DNA of 63,833 nucleotides, counting the filler, from Octopus bimaculoides (taxonomy: Eukaryota), in the NCBI RefSeq assembly GCF_001194135.2. It is 7 parts of 6 records of this genome, joined end to end, with 100 filler letters (N's around TTAATTAATTAA, not from the genome) between each part and the next. Parts side by side here need not be neighbours in the genome. Positions count along the whole stretch, not along the records: positions 1 to 17,439 come from NC_068989.1; positions 17,540 to 27,485 come from NC_068987.1; 5 more parts are not named here. The stretch is one strand, 5' to 3'. Shown here one piece after another: positions 12,276 through 24,120 of the stretch (its first letter is position 1; every line of letters starts with the position of its first letter). The translations under genes were made by a program, and so were the position numbers. The notes beneath the pieces are model-generated. The model was not told the origin of the DNA, ran no database searches, and saw only the letters and a list, made by a program, of their open reading frames with translations.

Positions 12276-13693
12276 CGGCCATAACTGCTACCATTGTAAA
12301 ACCCAAGGCTACAGTATTTTATTGCTGTAGAAATGGAGTGATAGGTTTAACCGTCTCTTGACCCCCCCTCTCTTATACATATCTCCTCTTTCTTCTTTCC
12401 TCACTCCGTTTCTCCTTCGGTCTCTCTCTATCTCTCCCTATCCCTCTCTCTACTCTCTCTCTTGCTCGTGTTGTCGTTTTTTTTTTATATATGTACATAT
12501 TTTTTATTTATTTTTTGTGGTCATTCCATTACTGTCTCAATGTTTGTTCATTCAACACGGCCAGCACCACCACTACCATCGTAAACATCAAAGAAAGCAA
12601 TCACCACGGCCACCACGACCACGACGACCGTCACCGCAATCGCCGTCACCACCATCACCACCACCACTACCACCACCACCACCACCACCACCACCANNNN
12701 NNNNNNNNNNNNNNNNNNNNNNNNNNNNNNNNNNNNNNNNNNNNNNNNNNNNNNNNNNNNNNNNNNNNNNNNNNNNNNNNNNNNNNNNNNNNNNNNNNNN
12801 NNNNNNNNNNNNNNNNNNNNNNNNNNNNNNNNNNNNNNNNNNNNNNNNNNNNNNNNNNNNNNNNNNNNNNNNNNNNNNNNNNNNNNNNNNNNNNNNNNNN
12901 NNNNNNNNNNNNNNNNNNNNNNNNNNNNNNNNNNNNNNNNNNNNNNNNNNNNNNNNNNNNNNNNNNNNNNNNNNNNNNNNNNNNNNNNNNNNNNNNNNNN
13001 NNNNNNNNNNNNNNNNNNNNNNNNNNNNNNNNNNNNNNNNNNNNNNNNNNNNNNNNNNNNNNNNNNNNNNNNNNNNNNNNNNNNNNNNNNNNNNNNNNNN
13101 NNNNNNNNNNNNNNNNNNNNNNNNNNNNNNNNNNNNNNNNNNNNNNNNNNNNNNNNNNNNNNNNNNNNNNNNNNNNNNNNNNNNNNNNNNNNNNNNNNNN
13201 NNNNNNNNNNNNNNNNNNNNNNNNNNNNNNNNNNNNNNNNNNNNNNNNNNNNNNNNNNNNNNNNNNNNNNNNNNNNNNNNNNNNNNNNNNNNNNNNNNNN
13301 NNNNNNNNNNNNNNNNNNNNNNNNNNNNNNNNNNNNNNNNNNNNNNNNNNNNNNNNNNNNNNNNNNNNNNNNNNNNNNNNNNNNNNNNNNNNNNNNNNNN
13401 NNNNNNNNNNNNNNNNNNNNNNNNNNNNNNNNNNNNNNNNNNNNNNNNNNNNNNNNNNNNNNNNNNNNNNNNNNNNNNNNNNNNNNNNNNNNNNNNNNNN
13501 NNNNNNNNNNNNNNNNNNNNNNNNNNNNNNNNNNNNNNNNNNNNNNNNNNNNNNNNNNNNNNNNNNNNNNNNNNNNNNNNNNNNNNNNNNNNNNNNNNNN
13601 NNNNNNNNNNNNNNNNNNNNNNNNNNNNNNNNNNNNNNNNNNNNNNNNNNNNNNNNNNNNNNNNNNNNNNNNNNNNNNNNNNNNNNNNNNNNN

Positions 13694-13724
<31 letters not shown>

Positions 13725-14549
13725 CATACATATATATATATAAATACAAATGTGTGTGTATATATACATATACATACACACACACACACAAGCACACACA
13801 TATGCGTGTGTTTGTGTATGTATACATATGGATAGATATATGTATATTTACAAACATATATGTATAAGTATCTTTCTCCCTCTCTCTCCCCTGCTCTCTC
13901 TCCTTATATGTATGTATGGATGGATGGATGTATGCATATTCTGGTGTTCTATCGTTTCTGGTTTCGATAGGAACTCTCCTCAGGGGCAGAGAGCATCGTC
14001 AAAAGCCTAGCTTTGATATACAAATATTCATAAGAAGAAAAACGATATTTGCCAAACGTACTAAAAGTCATTAAAAAAAAATCAAACTCTCTGACTAACA
14101 GTGAGTTCTTGCAAATAGCTTTTTACTTCTATGGTTAAAAGAAATATTATACAGGACAGGGAAGCAAATCTCTCAGTGATGTGACTTTGCGGTTTCAAGT
14201 TTAAAACGTATATATCTTTCATCAGTTGCAACCTTTAGGCCGTGACCATACTGGGGCACCACTTTTGAAAGGTTTCAGTGGGTCGAATAGACTTTTATGT
14301 TCTGATTTATTTTTTAAAATCTTGTCATTAAATCGGTATTTTTTGCTGGGCTGTTAATGAGACGTAAACAAAACAACAACGGTTATCAAGTGATGCGCGT
14401 GTGACAAATACAGATATAAATCCACTCACACACGCGCACACCCATAGTGACGTCATGAGATTTTACATAATTCGAGAGAACCGAAATAATAATTTTTGGG
14501 AGCAGTGAATCTCAAATCTCGAAGCAGATATAGTGTATAAGTCGACTCT

Positions 14550-14592
<43 letters not shown>

Positions 14593-14593
<1 letters not shown>

Positions 14594-14842
14594 CACCGCA
14601 CTTTCTCGGTCAGAACTCCATTCTGATATCAGCACTGAAAGTATACACCGTATCAACGAGGGAACTGACTTGGGCTTCATCTTTACCATAAAGTTTGAGG
14701 TCATCCTTGAATAACAAATGGTTGACATTTTGCTTGCGGCTTTTGAATACATACCCAGCTTTTGATTTCCTCAGAATCAGTGTTAGTGGCATCAAGCACA
14801 GTACAAAGATCAGTGCGGACAGGCAGTCCCCTTGGAAGATGC
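14593..14842 (-). mobile_element. R4/Dong-clade LINE reverse transcriptase fragment
   Basis: Translates to IFQGDCLSALIFCTV..MPLTLILRKSKAGYVFKSRKQNVNHLLFKDDLKLYGKDE...DIRMEF; GIFQGD and HLL(F/Y)xDDLKLY are typical of R4/Dong RT. Ends in (TA)n. Confidence 0.85.
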
Positions 14843-15352
14843 NNNNNNNNNNNNNNNNNNNNNNNNNNNNNNNNNNNNNNNNNNNNNNNNNNNNNNNNNN
14901 NNNNNNNNNNNNNNNNNNNNNNNNNNNNNNNNNNNNNNNNNNNNNNNNNNNNNNNNNNNNNNNNNNNNNNNNNNNNNNNNNNNNNNNNNNNNNNNNNNNN
15001 NNNNNNNNNNNNNNNNNNNNNNNNNNNNNNNNNNNNNNNNNNNNNNNNNNNNNNNNNNNNNNNNNNNNNNNNNNNNNNNNNNNNNNNNNNNNNNNNNNNN
15101 NNNNNNNNNNNNNNNNNNNNNNNNNNNNNNNNNNNNNNNNNNNNNNNNNNNNNNNNNNNNNNNNNNNNNNNNNNNNNNNNNNNNNNNNNNNNNNNNNNNN
15201 NNNNNNNNNNNNNNNNNNNNNNNNNNNNNNNNNNNNNNNNNNNNNNNNNNNNNNNNNNNNNNNNNNNNNNNNNNNNNNNNNNNNNNNNNNNNNNNNNNNN
15301 NNNNNNNNNNNNNNNNNNNNNNNNNNNNNNNNNNNNNNNNNNNNNNNNNNNN

Positions 15353-15424
<72 letters not shown>

Positions 15425-15820
15425 TATTGCTTTGCACAGCTTCTAACGCTGGAGATGTACTACGGTGCCAGCTGTTCACAACCAGTGAACTAAGGTAACA
15501 CCCCTTATTTTTTGAGCTCCATCCGGAGTATTCGAGCGGTTCCAAGCAGTGTTGTTTTCTGCAAGTGCTCCACTCTTATTTCAGCCCCTATTTCTTCCAT
15601 GTACTTTTCAAGATTTTTACTCACTGTTCCCAGGGCTCCGACAATTATTCGTACTACTATCACCTTTTTCCCCGACCACAACCGCTTAACTTCCCAAGCT
15701 AACCTGTCATATCTATCGCCTTTTCTTTCTTCCTTATCGAATACCTTGTTGTCAGCTGGGCATGCTATATCTATGAGCCAACATTATTTGCTTTCTGTCT
15801 CAAGACTGGCACGAATTGAT
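15353..15820 (-). mobile_element. R4/Dong-clade LINE 3' end (restriction-like endonuclease region) with (AAT)n tail
   Basis: Minus-strand translation WLIDIACPADNKVFDKEERKGDRYDRLAWEVKRLW..VIVVRIIVGALGTVSKNLEKYMEEIGAEIRVEHLQKTTLLGTARILR (frameshifted), then a short 3' UTR and (AAT)n at 15353-15425. Confidence 0.85.
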
Positions 15821-17131
15821 TAGCTATGAGTCCCTGAAATCTTCACCCGATTCGGATGAAGCTTTCAGGGACTCATATAGAAAATGTGACGACTCATACA
15901 TTCACACAGACATGGACAGTCATATACAAAATGTTACATTGTCGTGGAAGGCAGAAACACACACACACACTGATAGATACGTGCACAGCCGTATGCTGAG
16001 GTACATACACTGAGAAACACACACGCATATACAGAATGTGACGTAGAATGCATTGGGACCAGACTGACAGACAGTTGTGATTACAGACAGACAAAGCACA
16101 TGTATTAATTGTTAATTTAAGAGTAACTGTAAATACCTTGCAACGTTGTAACAATATAGAACAATATAAAAGTGAAAGAATATCAAAAGTGAAAGAAGAA
16201 AAGTGAAAGTATTATAACATTACAATATAGATGTTATTGTTTCACTTTTAAAACGAAATACCGAATCAGTGAAAGAGATTGCTCCGGGCCAGCATTAGGC
16301 AAAATGAAAACTGTTTTGGCCCATGACACTCCATGAACCCTAAGTAATGCAAGGAGGAAAATGTGAATGAAATCAGTTGGGTAGTTCTCGAGATTTAGTG
16401 ATGCACTAGACTTTGACTGTTCTTGTTCAGAAATCATCCCTGGTCGGCTCCTATGTGGGCTACGAGGGCTTCTCTTAATTTGCAACAACAATGACATCTG
16501 CTGCAGGCGAAGCTACTTAACGCAACGTAGAAGGGGTGCTAATCTTGTGCACTTTCGTATTTTCCCTGTTGCTTCTCTCCAATGCAGAATTCTAAACGAC
16601 TACAATGGTGAGACATTATAGAAACTTGACTTTAGCATATCTTTTACACTTGCTTTGCATTTCATGACAAGCCATACTACGAAGTGTAGTAGAGGCTAAA
16701 CCACTATAGTGGAAGCTGACCGACCGATATACAAAAAGAAAAGAAAAAATACAGAATAATTTAACTTTTAATCGGATTTCTAAAAATACAGTATCCAGCC
16801 TAATCTACTTAAGGACGTTATGAGGTGATCTACAGGAAATCTGGTTGTTATTTCTAGCAGGCAAAGTAACTCAATAGACTCGAGGAGTTATTTTGAGTGA
16901 GTGAATGTATATATGACTTTGCATATGTGAATGAAATTATGTTTCTATATGTAGAGGTGGTGATTGTGTATATCCCGGTATACGCGCAAACGATAAGAAA
17001 AGAAAGTTATTAATAATTGTGAAAGAAAGTTTTTAGCCGGAAGTTGAAGTAGTTGAGGATGCTGGGCGGAAGTAGCAAAAGCATAGACAGACATGTTTTA
17101 CTGCACAACATATGTATATGTGAATAAATAA

Positions 17132-17164
<33 letters not shown>

Positions 17165-17167
<3 letters not shown>

Positions 17168-17360
17168 GAGAATATACAAAAAATAACAACAGACGAGGAC
17201 AGGTGGTGTAAATAACAAAAGTATATATTAGTATGACGCTCGGGAATACGGAAAGTCTTTGACGTTTCGAGCTACGCTCTTCAACAGAAAGAATACGGAG
17301 ACAAGGAGAAAAACACGGAGAAAAAAAATTGAATAGTGTTCAGTCAACGGTCAATCATAA
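17165..17360 (-). mobile_element. Penelope-like element terminal repeat (pLTR) fragment within (TA)n
   Basis: Carries a GAAACGTC hammerhead-type motif, is flanked by (TA)n on both sides, and has a partial second copy at 53893-53940. Confidence 0.65.
17256..17292 (-). ncRNA. Minimal hammerhead-ribozyme-like motif (variant core)
   Basis: 5'-UCUUU CUGUUGA A GAG CGUAG CUC GAAAC GUC AAAGA-3': 5-bp stem I, 3-bp stem II, palindromic AC/GU stem III, GUC cleavage triplet; core CUGUUGA instead of CUGANGA. Confidence 0.6.
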
Positions 17361-17483
17361 TAATATATATATATATATATATAATAAATGTATATGTATA
17401 TGTATATATATATATATAATAAATATATATGTATATATTNNNNNNNNNNNNNNNNNNNNNNNNNNNNNNNNNNNNNNNNNNNN

Positions 17484-17495
17484 TTAATTAATTAA
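17484..17495. other. Artificial assembly linker (stops in all six frames)
   Basis: TTAATTAATTAA centred in 44+44 N, 100 nt in total. Confidence 0.95.
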
Positions 17496-17539
17496 NNNNN
17501 NNNNNNNNNNNNNNNNNNNNNNNNNNNNNNNNNNNNNNN

Positions 17540-17970
17540 AAGAGAGGAACGAGTCAAGATGTTCGCGGGAGAGTGAGGTGGCACCGATACAGTCGTCGAT
17601 ATACCGACCGTATAGTTCGGGAGTGGGACCAGTGAAACTGGAGAATATTTGGGCCTCAACATAACCAACGAAGAGGTTCGCGTAGTTGGGGCCCATTCTC
17701 GTCCCGAGGTCTGCTGGTAGATATCTCTCCCGCGAACGAGAAGCAGTTGAGAGATAGGACAAGTTCGGCCAGACGAATGAGTGTGGAGGTGTCGGGTTGT
17801 GGGTTGGGGCGTTGGTCTAGAAAAAACTTCAGGGCACGCAGCCCCTCGTCGTGGGGGATCACTGTATAGAGGCTCTGGATGTCTAGAGTGAAGAGAAGCT
17901 TAGAAGGGCCGGGAGGGAAAGAGAAAGAGTTGAATAGACGAAGCGCGTGGTTAGTGTCATGAATGTGGGA
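17540..17970 (-). mobile_element. Penelope-like element reverse transcriptase fragment
   Basis: LFTLDIQSLYTVIPHDEGLRALKFFLDQRPNPQPDTSTLIRLAELVLSLNCFSF, frameshift, then GTRMGPNYANLFVGYVE...LYGRYIDDCIG; PLE RT motifs. Confidence 0.9.
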
Positions 17971-19464
17971 AGAAACACACACGCACACACTCACACACAC
18001 ACACACACAACGATGTAGAGGCATATCCAGACTATCAGTGAACGTAAAACTATGCATAACAGAAAAAAAAAAATACACTATACCAGTTACATAGCTGACA
18101 ATGAAAACAAATGGAATAATGAGTATTTGAACCCGGTTTGGATAGAGGCTGGTACATAAGCGTGTACTAAACTATCGTACGTGAATGGATAAGTTTAGTA
18201 ATGGCCACAATGCTTCCAAATAAATTACAAATATACATTACTCAATGAATTGAGTATTTTGCACTTGTCCGTAACAAATAACAACGTGTATGTATATATA
18301 TATATATACACACACACACGCACACACATATATATGGATACATACGTATTATATATTAAGATACACATACATACATATGTATGCGTGTGTACTTGTGTGT
18401 ATGCGTGTGTGTGTTTGTGTGCGTGGGTTTGTGTGTGTGTGTTTTTGTCTGCGTGTGTGCGTGCGTACATATTTGTGTGGGTGCGTATATGTTTGTACTA
18501 AATACTTGATGTCGACGTCCGTAATATAATTATCAAGCGACATGGAACACCAATTTTCACAACTTGAAGAAACATTAATTGTTAGTGTGTTGCGTTAATC
18601 GAGGAGAGATAAATACTGAAAAATAGGCAGACAGAAGAAACAGACATCCATATATTTCACATTAATTTTATCAGTCAATATATGAAACACTTAAGTAATG
18701 TTATTGATTTCTTTTGATGAGGTTCTAAGATCATTTTTGTCAGAAATTAAAGTCTATTGTTTTGATCAGAATACGTGAATAACGAATCTATTGAGAAATT
18801 TTGGGAAAGACTGTAAATTAAACAACCCATCTGTCAGTAGTTAAAGGCGCTTAGTGAAGTTATCTATTCGTGTAAAACGAATAAACCCCTCCTCAAGCGA
18901 ATATTTTCATGTAAGGAAAAATTTCGGAAGAAAAGATACAAGAAAACCACACAGAAGCGGTTTAAACAAGCTGAAAGAATGGACACGGATATTTTGGTAG
19001 AAAACAGATTGATGACTGACAGCCGGGAAGATAATGAAGATTGATGGTATCACTTTCTATTCTTCTATGGCTTCTCAATACTGGGTTTTGATTTGGCAGC
19101 GCAACGTCTAAATATTTTTATCGTTCTCAAAAGACAGTTGTTGGCGGCCAAAGTTGTTCTCATTTCAAGTCACTGGGGTATATGGTACCAATATTCTGTT
19201 CTTTCTGACAATATAGCTTTCTGGCTCCATCTCTGAAGTAGGTATTACCAAAATTTCAGAGCATACAACTCACACCAAACAAACACTGTATTACTGAAAA
19301 TCTTTATTTCAAGAAATGCTTTCGAGTAACTGCCAGTTGAAGACAATCTGCCAAAACGTGAAGCAGTGTTTCTTGAACTGTGTCATCGAAGCGATAATAT
19401 TGCGTGTTGTTAAGAATATCTAAAGTTCTAGCAATTCAGAACTTGAAAAAGAAGTTTTTACAAT

Positions 19465-19682
19465 ATTAGTTTCAAATTTTGGCACAAGGTCAGCAATGTC
19501 GAAACAGGGGATTTAGTCGATTTTAGCAACCTCAATGACCAACTGACACTTATTTTACTGACCCCCGAAAGGATGAAAGGCAAAACTGACCTCGGCGGAA
19601 TTTAGACTCAGAACGTAAAGACAGACGAAATGCCTCTAAACATTTTGTCCGGCATGCTAACGACTTTGTTTGCTTGCTGCCT
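19465..19682 (-). mobile_element. SINE family A copy
   Basis: Reverse complement of the family A body (GAAAGGATGAAAGGCAAA...CCTCGGCGGAATTT.GACTCAGAACGTAAAG). Confidence 0.8.
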
Positions 19683-20654
19683 TGAAGAAGTCTTCCTTAC
19701 ATTTTCACAGAAGCTACAGTTCGATGTTTGAGGCTAACTGAAATCGATCTACGATACACCTGTTACATATTTTTCTTTCTTTTCTTTTTCCTTACAGAGA
19801 AATGTGTATGATGAAATGAACTCTAGCGAGGTTAACATTAAAAATGTACAGAGATTTAATTAAATGTTCTAAATCGAAGTATTCTACCTTAACATTTCAT
19901 CATCTTAATAAATTTTATGAATACAATGTTATGAATACTAAAATAACGGAAAGTTTGTATCAGTATATATCACAGAGAAAATTGAATTCTTATGAGGAAA
20001 TCTATAATGTGCTTCTATCGTTGAAAAATTAACCTCATAAGCACTAAAGACATTTACATTAAAATGTATTATACTTTCATTGGGAGAATACTACATCTAC
20101 ACTATACTTTTGGTGAACCCTGTCTTACATTGCACCAAGTATTCATATAACGTATATAAACAGAGGAAGAAAACTTTTTCCAACAATCTGTATTTCACAC
20201 ATATTTCAATTTAAGGAGTGTCATCCCTAATAAAATTTCTACCGGATAAAGTTTCGCTTTTTCTTTAGCAAAGACATATATTTATAACTGGGCTAAAATG
20301 TGAATTTATAAAAAAAAATTTAACCCCAAAAACGCTGTGCAAGAACATGATGAATCAACTAATTAATGAACGTATGCCTGTTCATGTATTGTTATACAAA
20401 TTAGATAGACCAATTTAGATACATTTTTGTATATAGGACAGGTTATATAGGATATAAGCTAACGATTACTATCTAAAAAAAAAGATAGGCTTGCTTTCTC
20501 TGATTAAGGTCTACCAACTAGTCACTAGGTTCAATGTAATCGACAACCCTCCCCCTCCCATAAAATTACTAGCCTTGTGCCAAAACTAATATTTTGTTCA
20601 AAGTGTCGGATCGAAACCGAAAGCATTCTAAGAACGATTATGGCTAGTTAGCAT

Positions 20655-20890
20655 TACTCCGTAAGGAGCATAGGGTCGGTTTCGCGGTTCCTCTGGCGTG
20701 ATACTCATCCCTGGATGGGACACCAGTTCGTCGCAGGATTATCCATTTTTACCAGCTGAGTAGATTGGAGTAACGTGAAATGAAGCGTTTTGCTAAAGAG
20801 CACAACGCATCAACCGGTTCAGAAGTCGAAACCACAATCTTACGATCAGGAGTTCAATACTCAAACCATTAAGTCTTGCACCTCCACGAA
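20655..20890 (-). mobile_element. CORE-like SINE (family C head, different tail)
   Basis: Reverse of box B, CORE-like and CACTCAGCTGG segments; tail GTCCCATCCAGGG...CCCTATGCTCC. Confidence 0.65.
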
Positions 20891-21384
20891 AACGATTATA
20901 ATTGCTATATTGCTACTGTTAACCAATGCGTTTATTTATTTATTTATTTATTTTTGTTGGCTTTTTTGATTCATAACATGTTTATGTTAGAACTATAATG
21001 GTAAATTGGGACACACACACACACACACGTAAATGTTTGTATCGACGTGTATATTATATATACTTGTATTCCAATGCCAATACAGTGTTATATATATATA
21101 TATATATATATATNNNNNNNNNNNNNNNNNNNNNNNNNNNNNNNNNNNNNNNNNNNNNNNNNNNNNNNNNNNNNNNNNNNNNNNNNNNNNNNNNNNNNNN
21201 NNNNNNNNNNNNNNNNNNNNNNNNNNNNNNNNNNNNNNNNNNNNNNNNNNNNNNNNNNNNNNNNNNNNNNNNNNNNNNNNNNNNNNNNNNNNNNNNNNNN
21301 NNNNNNNCAGGGGATGGTGGTGAACCCTGCTGTACTCTTTCACCACAATTTTCTCTCACTCTTACTTCCTGTTTCTGTTGTGCC

Positions 21385-21580
21385 TGTAATTAAAAGGGTC
21401 AGCCTTGTCACACTGTTTCACGCTGAATATCCCCGAGAACAACGTTAAGGTTACACGTGTCTGTGGAGTGCTCAGCCACTTGCACGTTAATTTCACGAGC
21501 AGGCTGTTCCGTTGATCGGATCAACTGGAACCTTTGGCGTCGTAACCGAAGGAGTGCCAACAACAACAACAACAACAATA
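21385..21580 (+). mobile_element. SINE family C 3' part with (AAC)n tail
   Basis: GTCTGTGGAGTGCTCAGCCACTTGCACG...GTCGTAACCGAAGGAGTGCC(AAC)n. Confidence 0.8.
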
Positions 21581-21584
21581 TACA

Positions 21585-21790
21585 GTTGGCAGAACCGCTA
21601 GCACGTCGGGCGAAATGCTTAGCAGTATTTCATCTACCGTTATGTCCTGAGTTCAAATTCTGCCGTGGTCGACTTTGCCTTTCATCCTTTCGGAGTCGAT
21701 TAAATAAGTATCAGTTACGCACTGGGGTCAATGTAATCGACTTAATCTCTTTGTCTGCCTTTGTTTGTCCCCTCTATGTTTAGACCTCTG
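21585..21790 (+). mobile_element. SINE family A copy
   Basis: TTGGCAGAACCGCTAGC head, GAGTTCAAATTC box B, family A body. Confidence 0.8.
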
Positions 21791-21996
21791 TGAGCAATAA
21801 AGGAATAAATACAGTGTTATATAACTATCTGCACACATGTGCATTTTTGTGACATTATAAATGTGTATACTGTGTACATGTGTATGTATACCTGTAAATG
21901 TGTGCATATCCGTTTATCTGACAAAACTTTCCATAGCTTATCATATTTTTGTATCATAAAGGACAGCAACTTTCCCATATATGCCAGTACTAAACC

Positions 21997-22217
21997 TACT
22001 AGGGTGTGCTGAAAAGTTCCTGGCTTTAAGGATACCGTGAAATGCCTGGCTGGAGGCCCAAACTTCCGACTTCTTTTACAGGGTTTCGAAAAGCTGAAGG
22101 ACTGCTGCAGTAAGTATGTGAATCTAAAAGGGTAATATGTTGAATATAGTCATAATTAACTGATCGTTCTGTATTTTCTTTACCCAAAGCCAGCAACATT
22201 TCAGCACTCCCTCGTAT
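21997..22217 (+). mobile_element. Mariner-derived MITE with TA target duplication
   Basis: TA-CTAGGGTGTGCTGAAAAGTTCCTGGCTTT ... AAAGCCAGCAACATTTCAGCACTCCCTCG-TA; the interior retains a mariner C-terminal remnant (FLQGFEKLKDCCSKYVNLKG*YVE). Confidence 0.8.
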
Positions 22218-23944
22218 AGTGTTTTTTTTTTCTTCTATGCATGGGTTAGTTTAGATATACTTACAGAATATATCTGGCGATCCATTTGTTATTGGTGCAA
22301 TAGGGAACGCACAAACATATATGTAAATATATTGGCAGACATCTTAAAGTTACATATTTGCGTATTCTAGAAAATATTTATTTTAATGCTGTAGATAGTG
22401 TTAAGGCACCTTCACGCTTCGTTTGTTAGCCTTCAATATTCTTGTTGCCCTTCAGAAGCTTTTTTAACATTTCGTTGTTCAGTAATAAAACACATGATAG
22501 CCAACTTAATCGAAGAGTCCAACATAATCGAAATTACTATTATATACACATTGTCTTTTCGATTGCATTGAAAGCCCTTAAATGTAAGAATATCTAACAA
22601 GTTGGTCGAGTGAGATAAGAGTTATGCGGCTTTAATATTACTGACTGTGTGATAATCGATGTTCAGCAATTCGTGTTATTATTGTTGATTAACCTAGGCA
22701 TTCTAGTTTTTAATCATGTAGTATATACATATACATACATATACATACGTATATATATATATATATATATATATATATNNNNNNNNNNNNNNNNNNNNNN
22801 NNNNNNNNNNNNNNNNNNNNNNNNNNNNNNNNNNNNNNNNNNNNNNNNNNNNNNNNNNNNNNNNNNNNNNNNNNNNNNNNNNNNNNNNNNNNNNNNNNNN
22901 NNNNNNNNNNNNNNNNNNNNNNNNNNNNNNNNNNNNNNNNNNNNNNNNNNNNNNNNNNNNNNNNNNNNNNNNNNNNNNNNNNNNNNNNNNNNNNNNNNNN
23001 NNNNNNNNNNNNNNNNNNNNNNNNNNNNNNNNNNNNNNNNNNNNNNNNNNNNNNATATATATACACGGAAAATGATAGATAGATAAATAGAAAGAAGTAG
23101 AGAGGGGGAGAGAGAGAACTGCATTGTCTACAATCGCTTTGCTGTTTTGAGACATTATTGAGAGTAACTTGACAACTATTTTTAACAAGTCAAGCGACCG
23201 CATTGGTGCTTTCTTGTATATAATTAATTTCTTCAACTTTTAGCATAGCGACTCATAATTTTTTTTTTTTTTTTATCATCGAATATATTGATGTTATACG
23301 AATTATTTTCCATGTTATATGTATAATTTTCATAGTTTTGTTCATTCTGTTGAACTTCTGAATAAATTTAATGTATGTCATTCTAATTTCTTGTATGTTT
23401 TCTTTTCTTTATATTTTTAATTGTTATATCCCACACCATTATAACATATGCAGGCATGTATAATACCATTTTCATTTCTTCCAGTTTTATTGGGGAATTA
23501 TTGATTTTGGATTTATAGTAATATTCATAGATCTTCCCTGTTTTAATTTATCTGCTATAATAATTTTGTTATCCAATATTACTGGTCTTTCCTTTACTTA
23601 TCAGATGTTTTTTATAGTCCTGAATATTCACACAATATGTTAGCTATTGTATAGTGTTATATCTTTTACGTTCACTTTGATAATTTTTGTTTGAACATAT
23701 ATAGTTTTATTGATTCATATGCTATTTGTGTTTTCTCTTTATTCTCATCTGTGAAAAGTATTTGGGGCATTAATTCTCTTTCAATAGGAATCGTTAATAT
23801 TATGTCCTTAATTATTTTTGTTTGTTTTTATATTGTGCTTGTCACATCTGCTTGGTTTACTTAAGTCGATATCTCTGTGGGGCGGTTACTATTTTGTATT
23901 TTGCCTGATGTATTTCGCTTGTATGCTAACATTGTATTGGGTGG

Positions 23945-24120
23945 GGGCACGAAATACGGTGAATTGGCAGAATCTTGAGAGCATCTTGATGGGCTGTATT
24001 TATTTCAAGTTCTTTACCTTCTGAGTTCTAAACCGGCCGAGATCAACTTCGTCTTTCGTACTTTTGATCTTGATAAAACAAAATACAAATGAAATCCTTG
24101 AGACAATCTAATCGACTGTG
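23945..24120 (+). mobile_element. Diverged SINE family A copy
   Basis: GGTGAATTGGCAGAATC head, GAGTTCTAAACC box-B-like, GCCGAGATCAACTTCG body. Confidence 0.6.

Noticed and set aside
10811-13867. Long ORFs of 290-460 aa (also 44299-46954, 51596-52392, 54641-55960, 57526-58486)
   Set aside because: Length comes from N gaps translated as X plus (TA)n, (CA)n or (ATT)n repeats.
17484-17495. TTAATTAATTAA as a biological repeated motif (PacI or homeodomain site)
   Set aside because: Always centred in exactly 88 Ns; synthetic spacer.
18841-19044. Open frame LKALSEVIYSCK...EDNED*
   Set aside because: Weak acceptor, no recognisable family; could arise by chance in A-rich sequence.
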